DNA from: Somniosus microcephalus
Taxonomy: Eukaryota
Length of the DNA stretch: 64,000 nt
Assembly: GCA_052327205.1 (NCBI GenBank)
Contig: CM126209.1
Span: 167,214,001 to 167,278,000 of the forward strand
Direction of reading: 5' to 3'
A program made the position numbers and the translations under genes. The notes below the pieces were generated by a model, which worked only from the letters and a program-made list of their open reading frames with translations, made no database searches and had not been told where the DNA came from. Below, piece by piece: positions 53,846-64,000 of this stretch (position 1 is its first letter; each line of letters begins with the position of its first letter).

Positions 53846-56699
53846 CTTGGGGGTATAAATTCAAAATTCCCCTTTGTACAAAGGAATTCACTGTTAAGAA
53901 AACTCTAAAATGCACAACAGCTGATCAACACTATGCTAATTGAGAAAGTGCTCTCTTAAGAACGTCTCAGAGCATAATACAAATACTACATTCCGCAAGG
54001 CAAGCTGGACTGTTTAAAAACTGTTCAAATTACCTTATAAGCCAAGGAACTCCATCAATTAATGACTCATAGCATGAGAACTTGACTGGTTTTATGAGTC
54101 CATAACCAAAATATATAGAACGACAGCATCTTAAAACAGCTTGGAGTAGCTTTGATCACCAATTGTACAAACAGAACTGAGACTTTTCACGTTCAGATAA
54201 AACCAATGTAATTTGAGATGATTTGCAGCAAATTATACAATTTGAGGCTTCAGAATAATTAGACTGAACTGGTCTCACCGTCTCATTGGTGAGCAAGAGA
54301 AACATCAACAGTGGAGTGGGACCGGGCTACCCAATCATTGACCCTGAGCCAATATTATGAGGTGCTTGGGCCCAGGAGGAACCACAAGATGAAAAAGGGA
54401 TAAACAGTATAGAATGAGGATGCAATCCTGGCTGCACATACAATTTTCCCCATACAATCATACCATTGGGAGAAAAGGGGAAAAGAAGTCAGGTGCTATC
54501 CCATGAGGGAACAACCAGCAGTTCACAGGCCGAAATGTTTTGGACTCTAGCAATGCTAAAACCAGTTGGGATAAGATAACCAGGGCAAGTGTATTATGTT
54601 CAAAATGGAGGGGTATTGCAGCAATAAAACTGTACAAATGTAGTCCTGATAATTAGCATTAAACATCCATTACAGGCGTTAGGATCCAAAACTACTTGAA
54701 ACTTAGAATAGTCCAGCATAATGTGAAATGTGCAAAAAATACAACCTTACAAGCGGAACAAGGTAACTGAGCTCCCAATCAAGACCCTGTCTTCACTGTA
54801 TTTCAGATGTTTGATAGGTCTCGGTCTTGCCTCAGCTCCTAAGGCTATTTCCCTGACAATCCCCGCCCCCCCCCCCGCCAAATCAAACAGGTTGGGGTTC
54901 TCAATGATAAATAAGATGAGAAAGACATGTTCTTTCCCACTGAAACTTTTAGAAGTAGAAAAAATAAACTGTCACTTTAAAGCCTCGATATGTTTACTTC
55001 AGATAATTGCATGATTATGAAAGCCACTTGTCAAGCTTAAGCACAGGATGCCCACTCACCGTGCAAGTGTATAGAGAACTTGACTAGTGTGCACAACCAT
55101 GCCAATCAACTATCATTTTTATTTTAGGCCAGTTACCTTAGTTGCTTTAATTTCCATTCAAGTCCAGTGTCTTTGTAATATTTCCAAAACCTGCAGCTCA
55201 ATTTATAATCGGTCAAGGAAAGATTTCGGAGCAGCTCCTCTCAGGGAAGAAAAATGGCACGAGACCAGGAAAGTCCGATACCTGAGCCGATACCTGGCCA
55301 ATTAAGCAAGCTACTGGAGGACCACCACATCACGTATATAAAAAGTGTTGAACCCGCACAGTGAGCATCAGCAAGCTACTACTCCATATAGGAAGTACTT
55401 AGGTGCTTCCAACAGGGTTCCTTGCACACTAATCCATGTCTAAATCCTGAGTGACTCCATTCCCCACCCCCCGGGCTGCAGTGGCCAATCAGTTAACTGT
55501 GCAAAGAATCAAGCCCAGGACCTACCCAGTTTGTATAGCTCAGTTACTCACCAGCCTAACTACGAGAAGAGCCATGAATGTCTTATTTAATATGGATTGT
55601 GCAGTTGATTTCAATGCAGCTGGACACTTGCGGTAGGAGACCAATAAATGTGCTTTAAATTAGTTTGAAATGTTAAACTGAAGCACAATGTCTTTAAAGA
55701 CTTTAAACTTGAAAGTGCTTCCAATTATCAGTTATAGCTACTAATTAACAGGGATTGGAGAGGTTAGTCTTCTTGCACTGACCTACAGTTAATTCAAAAG
55801 CATGAGTGATGTGCACAGTGCTGTATTTGGATCAGAATTATTCTGCGTTCTGTACTGCCTTACAGAAACTCCTTACACTAAGTGTGTTTATCATTACTCC
55901 GATTTAAATGGCAACTGTTCAGGTAGTATTTGTTTCACTTAAGGCACTGGCAGGAAGCAATTACATTGGTATTCAATTTGATAAACGTGATCGTCAGTTT
56001 AAATACTGTGTTTTAAACCCACAATCTTTCTTATTACAGATGCAAACAGGGGAATAATTGTGAATGGGTAATCTGTGATGCAGAGGCACATCCAATACTC
56101 ACCCGCCACACAAAACAACTTGCATTGCAAAAAGAATGGTTTCTTGACATGCACACTCAATAGCAGCTGTCAGGTTGAAGAAAAGGGAAAAAGAATTTTT
56201 AAATCCTTCGGTACTTACATTTACAGCCAGCATGAGAATTAAGCTGTACACATTACACTGTCAACATCTTGCTAAACAAGATGGTGTAATAAATATTAAA
56301 TTATATATTAAACCCACAGAGAGTCACTGTTGCATCAATTTAAGTTATCATGGTTTCAATTCAGTATGGGGTGCATATACTGCAATTCAGTTTCAAATCT
56401 GAATTTTCAATCAGCATTGCAAGTGATGCAGAAGAAATAGGTCAGAGGTCGACAGGATGAAGGAATGTGATAGACAATAGTCTTCTAACTATTCAAACTG
56501 GAAGTCTAGTTTTATACTAAACTCAGCCAAATACAACTGAACTGCCTTTGCAATCTGTCTCACTTAATGGGCGACCAACTTGTCTCATTCATAGGTATTC
56601 TGTTACTGTTGAACTCACAAAAACAAAGTGAAACATTTGCTGTACGTCCAACTCAACAGCAACACTGGTACTCAATCAAGGAACAGGCCTTGAGACACT

Positions 56700-58060
56700 G
56701 TAGACATGCAATGCAATGTACTTTATTCCTTCAACCCCCTATCTAACCTATTCCTAAATGTTGACATGGTCTCTGCTTTATCGCTAACTCCAGTATTTAA
56801 TTCCACAGCTTCATAACTTTGTGTAAAAACAAATCCCCCAGTCTGTCCTAAATCTTTTATATTCAATCTTATGTCCATGTCTCCTTATTGTAGACCATTC
56901 AATCACTGGAAACAGTATGTTCCTATCTATTCTGTCCCATCACTTCATGATTTTAAACACTATCAAATCACCTTTAGTCTCCTCTCTAACAAAAACCCCA
57001 ATTTTCCAAGTCTTTCTTCATATTTGTATTGCAGCATCTTAAGCCAATCTGCAGTGTACCCTCTACTGCATCAACTTGCTTTCTATAGTGCTTATCCAAA
57101 ACGGCACACAATACTCCAACTGTCATCTTACTAAGAGTATTTTGGGTGAGTGTTACGATATTTAAAAAAAAAATCAACACAAACTTTAAACGGGGAAAAA
57201 TACTGTGTCACTGCAGTGGGAACTTCAGTCAACTTAAGCTCATAGAACAGCTGGTAATAACCTGCACTGCATTCTCAGCTGCAAAGTGGCATATTGGTTG
57301 CTGGGGTAATTGCATTTATTGCTGCACAATATATTATAATGCATTATTTTGGTGGGGTAGGGGTGTTTTAACAAGCTCTCAAGATCTCCAGATAATTACA
57401 GATGAGGAAGGCCATTCAGCCTGTCTTAATTCGTCCATCGGAATTCTAACGTCCTTCCATTGTAGCATCTCATTGTTTCTTAAATGATTCCAGTGTTTTT
57501 TTGCTTCCATTACCCCATCTCGAATTTATGCCGCACTTTGAAGAAGAATTTCCTGATATCAGTCCTAAAACTACCTTTGACTAGTTTGAACCTACGTCCC
57601 CTAGTTCTATCCTCAGTTTAATTTAAAGTGATATTCTGGGATAACTTTTTCTATACCCATAACAATCCTATACTTCTATAAGATCACCTTTCAGTTGCCT
57701 CTTTTCCAAACTGAAAAGCTCAAGTCCAGTCTTGAGCTCAAGCAACACAGACACAATTGGTTGTGCTATCTCCATGCTAGGGAGGGGAATAAAAAAATCC
57801 AGTCTTTCCTCACAGATCAAACCCTGACACTGAAGATTAACCTTGTGGCTCTTCTCTGTACCGCCTTCAGCACTGGTATGTCTCGTTTCTTAGCAACCAG
57901 AATTGGATGCACTATTTAAGGCGCGGTCTGACCAGACTACTAAAGTTTAATTATTAACTCCTTTAACTTGTATTCCACTGTTATGGCAATGACGTTCAAA
58001 GTGCAATTAGCTTCGCGGATTGCTGCTCTGCATTTTTTTGGGGCATGTTTAGCGTCAAGT
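56700..58060 (-). mobile_element. Two very old CR1 fragments (~56700-57140 and ~57370-58060)
   Basis: Degenerate GDLIEVY/RTRGRRFKL motifs and gaaggccattcagcc tail. Confidence 0.55.
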
Positions 58061-58159
58061 CTACCAAGACGCCTCGGTAACTTCAACCCCGTTTCAACTC
58101 CGAATCTAAAAGAATAAAACTATGAGATTTATTCTCTCCTTCCTAGGACTCCATCTACA

Positions 58160-58520
58160 ACTTAGTGGATAAATGCACCACATGCTGTCCTAACCCATAT
58201 AGACCAGTTCGGTCATAAGTTCAAACACTGCATTGTGCCGAGTTAACTGATCTCTGCAAAGCAACACAGACACAACTGGTTGTACTATCTCTATGCTAGG
58301 GAGAGGAATAAAAAATAAAAAATAAATCAGCATTTCTGCTTCTGATCATCCAGTTACCTGCTGGAAAGTGCATGCATCAACAGAAAGTGATTAAGAGTTG
58401 GATACGTTTGCAGTGCCCCCCCCCCCAGTCAAATAGTTTGCCATCATTCAAATGAAAAATGGCCTCTTGGGTGTGGACCAACATGACTGGTGGCACTCTT
58501 AGAATCATACACTTTTAAGA
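58160..58520 (+). mobile_element. Ancient SINE-like repeat (LF-SINE-like); related copy at ~10380-10500 (-)
   Basis: Shared ctgatca..tccagt(t/g)acctg..ctggaa segment and gagttaactgatctc. Confidence 0.4.
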
Positions 58521-58949
58521 AAGGAAAGGAAAAAAAATTGACCACACTTCATTGGGCATTCAATGTTAACAAATGTGGGAATAGTTAATTGACAGCAACT
58601 TTACGGTGATCAATTGAAGCAAGGACAATACATTAATAATCCTAGTAGCACTCTTGGATACAATTGGCCAACATCTTAGGCACAAAGTATTAATGGAATA
58701 TACTCCAGGGAAGGCTCATTAAAATAGCCTCTCAGACTTCAGTTATGATCTGCAAATACTGAGCTTAATTATTTGAAACTTTAATATGCTAACATCTGTT
58801 GCCCGTATACTCGGCCCCAATCACTGCCATTTCCATGCTTAGAGTGCTGAAATGTTGCAGTAAAATAAACATGTGATGGTTAACAAAACCTCAACTTGAA
58901 TTGAGACTTCAGTTCAACAGCATGTTCTAGGCTCTGTCACTTCAATATC

Positions 58950-61900
58950 ATAGAAACATAGAAAATAGGAGCAGTAGGCCGCCATTTGGCCCCTCGAGCC
59001 TGTTCCACCATTTAATGAGATCATGGCTGATCATCGAAATTCAGTACCCTGTCCCTGCTCTCCCCATATCCCTTGATCCCTTTAGCCTTAAGAAATATAT
59101 CTAACTCCTTGAATATATTAATAAGTTGGCCTCAACTGCCTTCTGTGGTAGAGAATTCTACAGGTTCACCGCTCTCTGGGTGAAGAAATTCCTAATCTCA
59201 GTCCTAAATGGCTTACCCCTTAACCTTAGACTGTGACCCCTGGTTCTGGACTCCCCCGCCATCAGGAACATCCTTCCTGCATCTAGTCTGCCTAGTCCTG
59301 TTAGAATTTTATAAGTTTCAATGAGATCCCCTCTCATTCTTCTAAACTCCAGCAAATATAACCCTAATCGACACAATCTCTCTTCATACGTCATTCCTGC
59401 CATCCCAGGTATCAGTCTGGTAAATCTTCGCTGCACTCCCTCCATGGCAAGAACATCCTTCCTCATATAGCTTAGCTTAGGCAGTCCCTCTGAACAGAGG
59501 ATGACTTGCTTCCACATTAAAAATGAGTTTGCAGATGACTGATGAGTCCAACGCGGGACCTACAGTCTCTGTCATAGGTGGGGCAGGCGGTGGTTGAAGG
59601 GGCGGGTGGGTGGGGTACTTGGGTTGACGTGCGCTCCTTGCGCTGCCTGCGCTTGGCTTCCGCTTGCTCCCGGCAAAAAGACTCGAGGTGTTCAGCGCCT
59701 TCCCGGATGCTTCTCCTCCACTTTGTGCGCTCTTGGGCCAGGGATTCCCAGGTGTCGGTGGGGATGTTGCACTTTTTCAAGGAGGCTTTGAGGGTGTCCT
59801 TGAAGTGTTTCTTCTGCCCACCTGGGGCTCTCTTGCCATGCCGGAGCTCCGAGTAGAGCGCTTGTTTTGGGAGTCTCGTATCGGGCATGCGGACAATGTG
59901 ACCCGTCCATCAGAGCTGATTGAGCGTGGTCAAAGCTTCAATGCTGGGGATGTTGGCCTGAGCAAGAACACCGACGTTGGTGCGCCCATCCTGCCAATGG
60001 ATTTGCAGGATCTTGCAGAGGCAGCGTTGGTGGTACCTCTCCAGTGCTTTGAGGCGCCTGCTGTACATCCATGTCTCTGAGGCATACAGCAGGGCAGGTA
60101 TCACTGCTGCCCTGTAGACCATGAGCTTAGTGCTGGGTTTGAGGTCCTGGTCTTCAAACACTCTCTTCCTCAGGCGACCGAAGGCTGCACTGGCACACTG
60201 AAGGCGGTGTTGGACTTCGTCGTCTGCCCTTGTTGACAGTAGGCTCCAGAGGTATGGAAAGTGGTCCACATTGTCCAAGGCCTTGTCGTGGATTTCGATA
60301 ATCGGGACGGGGGGGGGGGGGGGGGGGGGTGCAAGGTTGGTAGAGGACCTTTGTCTTACAGATGTAAGCCATGACAGGAGCTGATAACTGCTGGACAGAC
60401 CACCGCCTAATCCACTCTGTCACCTCCATCAATGTAGCCCCAAAACAGCAGCGGCAACAGAAACAATGCCGCAGGAAAATTAACGCTGGAGCACTCAAAG
60501 ACCCCGCTAAGAAAGCCCTATTCAGCCTGCGCCTCACAAACAACCTGGTGACTCCCAGTGATGCAGCGACACAGAGTGCCCACAGCGTCTGGTCTGCACT
60601 CAAGGCCTCCATAATCAGCACCTGTGAAGAGACGCTCGGTCACTCGACCAGGAAACACCAAGACTGGTTCAACGAGAATGACAAGGAGATCCAGGAGCTA
60701 ATAAGCCGCAAGCGCAAGGCATTTCTGATCTGGAAACAGCAACAAAGCAGCTCTACAGAAGTCTGAAGGCCGAGGTCCAACAAAAAACTCGCGACCTAAA
60801 GAACAGATGGTGGGTGGAGAAAGCGCAGGAGATCCAGCAGCTAGCCGACAACCACGACGTGCATGGATTCTTTAGCGCAGTCAAGACCATCTACGGCCCA
60901 AGCACCCAAGGACCTTCCCCACTGCGGGCCAAGAACGGAGAGGTACTCATCAAGGACAGGGAAGCAGTCAGTGCCCGCTGGAAGGAGCATTTCGAAGATC
61001 TCCTTAACCACGACTCTGTCTTCGACAAGAGTGTCCTCAACTCCATCCCACAGCATGCTACCCGCCACCATCTCAGCACAACCCCAGCCCGGCATGAGGT
61101 TGAAAAGACCATCCAACAACTGAAGAACAATAAGGCCTCAGGAGCAGATGGAATCCCTGCCGAGGCACTAAAGCATGGCGGAGATGCACTACTGGCGTGA
61201 ATTCATGAACTTATTTCTCTTATCTGGAAGGAGGAGAGCATGCCAGGGGAATCTCAGACACCGTGATTGTGACCATCTTCAAGAAAGGTGACAAGTCCGA
61301 TTGCGGTAATTACAGAGGAGTTTCCCTGCTATCTGCCACAGGGAAAGTCATCGCAAGAATCCTCCTCAATCGCCTTCTCCCAGTGGCCGAAGAGCTCCTC
61401 CCAGAGTCGCAATGCGGATTCCACCCACTAACGGGCACAATTGACATGATCTTCACTGCATGTCAATTACAAGAGAAATGCAGGGAACAGCACCAACCAC
61501 TGTACATGGCCTTCTTTGATCTCACAAAGGCCTTCGACACTGTCAACCGTGAGGGATTATGGAGTGTCCTCCTCAAATTCGGCTGCACTCAAAAGTTTGT
61601 CACTATCCTCCGCCTGCTTGACGACGACATGCAAGCCGTGATCCTGACCAACGGTTCCACCACAGACCCAATTCACGTACGAACTGGGGTCAAGCAAGGC
61701 TCTGTCATCGCACCAACGCTCTTCTCGATCTTCCTTGCTGCAATGCTCCATCTCACCCTCAGTAAGCTCCCCACTGGAGTGGAGCTAATTTACAGAACAA
61801 ACAGGAAACTGTTCAACCTCCGTCGCCTCCAGTCCAGACCCAAGGTCGTTCCATCCTCTGTCGTCGAATTACACTATGCAGACAATGCTTGTGTCTGCGC

Positions 61901-62852
61901 TCACTCGGAGGTCAAACTCCAAACCATCGTCAACACCTTCACCGAAGCGTACAAGAGCATGGGCCTTACACTAAACATCCGTAAGACAAAAGTCCTCTAC
62001 CAACCTGCCCCCGCCTTCCTCAGATAAGGCGACAAAAACTGCACACAATACTGAAGGTGCGGTCTCACCAAGGCCCTGTACAACTGCAGAAATCATCCTT
62101 GCTCCTGTACTCGAATCCTCTCACTATGAAGGCCAACATACCATTTGCCTTCTTAACCGCCTGCTGCACATGCATGCTTACCTTCAGTGACTGGTACACA
62201 AGGACACCCAGGTCTCGTTGCACTTCCCCTTTTCCCAATCTATTGCCGTTCAGATAATAATCTGTCTTCCTGTTTTTGCCATCAAAGTGGATAACCTTGC
62301 ATTTATCCACATTATACTGCATCTGCCATGCATCTGCCCAATCACCCAGCCTGTCCAAATCGTACTGGAGTTTCTCTGCATCCTCCTCACAGCACACACG
62401 CTCACCCAGCTTTGTGTCATCTGCAAACTTGGAGATATTACATCTAGTTCTCTCGTCTAGATCATTAATATATATTGTGAATAGCTGGGGTCCTAGCACC
62501 GATCCCTGTGGTACCACACTAGTCACTGCCTGCCACTCGGAAAAAGACCCATTTATTCCAACTCTTTGCTTCCTGTCTGCCAACCAGTTCTCTATCCAAG
62601 TCAGTACCTTACCCCCAATCCCATGTGCTTTAATGTTGCACGCCAATCTCTTATGCGGGACCTTATCGAAAGCCTTCTGAAAGTCCAAATGCACCACATC
62701 CACTGGTTCTCCCTTATCTATTCTACCAGTTACATCCTCAAAAAATTCCAGTAGATTAGTCAAGCATGATTTACCTTTTGTAAATCCATGTTGACTTTGT
62801 CTGATCCTGTCACTGTTTTCCAAGTGTTCTGCTATTACATCTTTTATAATGG
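58950..62852 (-). mobile_element. CR1/HER1 LINE (same subfamily as 17666-19373) split by an RTE insertion; parts 58950-59469 and 62014-62852
   Basis: ORF 62065-62874 (QHGF, LDFQKAFDKVPH, KFADDTK) continues as RKDVLAMEGVQRRFTRL left of 59469. Confidence 0.95.
59470..62013 (-). mobile_element. RTE-clade LINE with inverted 5' portion (3' part 59470-60366 on minus, 5' part 60367-62013 on plus)
   Basis: KASGADGIPAE, GNYRGVSLLS, LPESQCGF, DLTKAFDTV, GVKQG and YADN on +; RLPKQALYSEL, CPTYDRDC..LISH and (taagc)n tail on -. TSD ccttcctca(t/g)ata. Confidence 0.93.
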
Positions 62853-63859
62853 ATGCCACTTTATAACATGCCAACTATCACAACAGATATTTCAAACCAT
62901 CTGGTGTGTTAAAAGCATGTTAAAACTTACCTAGCAAGTTCATCCAGAAAGACACTTTTTGTTCACTTAAGTAACTCTTAAGTTCACATGGTCATTCCAT
63001 TCTCAAATGACCATGAGTTATCCAGTTACGAATAAGTTTATTCTTAGTTACAATCGATGACCAAATTTCCCCAAGTACTGTGGAAGAAACCTTTGTTGCA
63101 GATTCAATTACATATAGCAATACACATGCTAAAGCCAACACAATTTTAATCAGCTGTTGGCACAGAAGGAATGTTACAGCAACAAAATTCTTCATCTTGC
63201 TCTGAACTAAAAACCCTCCACACATGCTCCATTAAGGCTAAAACTTGAAACAGTTGTACATTACAAATAATGATTTGACATTTTTCTCCTTTCCACTAAT
63301 CCACATATACAATCACATCATTCCACAGATAGGTCAAGGGATCTGTTCCACCGACACATGATTTAAGCATTCAGAATCTATCTGAAATTCCTCTCTCCAC
63401 TAGTTTAGCAGAGGGGTTTAATTTTAAATAAATAGCTCCAAAAATAGTGGGCAAAGGGATGCAAAAATGCATTATATGTTCATACACTAGTATCAACATG
63501 GCATAATTTCATGGTCAAAATGGTTACAGCCTCCTTCTGCTTCACATCAACTCAGCTCTTCTGCTTATGACGTGACAGATCATGAATTCACTATATGGGG
63601 AAGAGAGAGATACAAAACCACATCCTACCACTCTGTTGCCCAGCCCATAGGATCACCCATCAACATAGGATCATTCAATCAACACAAATAATGTAGTACT
63701 GCTTAGGAGTGAAATCGGCATGATCAAATTCTGACCAGCAGTACGACAGGCAGAGAGATTTGATCTTTGGACCAGTTGCTGTGTAACTGCAACCAGTACA
63801 AAATTTCCTAAATTTCATAATCTTTTTTATGTTAGATGGTGTCTTGAGAATTCTTGGGG

Positions 63860-64000
63860 AAGCAATTTTACATTAAAAGATTGCGGTTCTCAGGATGACC
63901 CAAAGCACTTCAAACACAATTAATTACTTTTGAACTGCAGTCACTTATTGTATTCAAACTGAGTAGCCAACTTACACATAAGCAAGTGAAGAACCAGTGA
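63860..64000 (-). mobile_element. SINE 3' end (L2-type tail), truncated by window edge
   Basis: Reverse complement resembles the tails at 9480-9545 and 36795-36865. Confidence 0.5.

Noticed and set aside
54020-54062. Possible STK10 exon 1 end (..TAT AAG|gtaa on minus)
   Set aside because: Upstream codons contain a stop and no GELGDGAFGKV; exon 1 appears to lie outside the window.

Overview
This is eukaryotic, vertebrate genomic DNA, very probably from a shark or other cartilaginous fish (HE1 V-SINE, HER1/CR1 LINEs, Deu-type SINEs). The window lies inside one minus-strand gene, STK10 (LOK, STE20-family kinase). I reconstructed coding exons 2-7 by hand with canonical GT-AG junctions (165, 49, 150, 73 and 195 nt, plus a partial exon 7); exon 1 lies beyond the right edge. 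The rest is intron, densely filled with transposable elements: CR1/HER1, L2, Rex1 and RTE LINEs, a Penelope-like element with TSD, a full-length decayed Gypsy LTR element, a Harbinger derivative, several MITEs, SINEs and a Helitron end. Most entries in the ORF track are TE fragments or noise. The most interesting structures are (i) an RTE LINE with a twin-priming-type 5' inversion and a 13-bp TSD, (ii) a Harbinger element that lost its nuclease core but kept its spliced Myb/SANT gene, and (iii) minimal hammerhead-ribozyme motifs at Penelope-like 3' ends, all antisense to the host gene. I found no convincing wholly new system. Family names come from recognition of motifs, not from database searches, and boundaries of old repeats are approximate.
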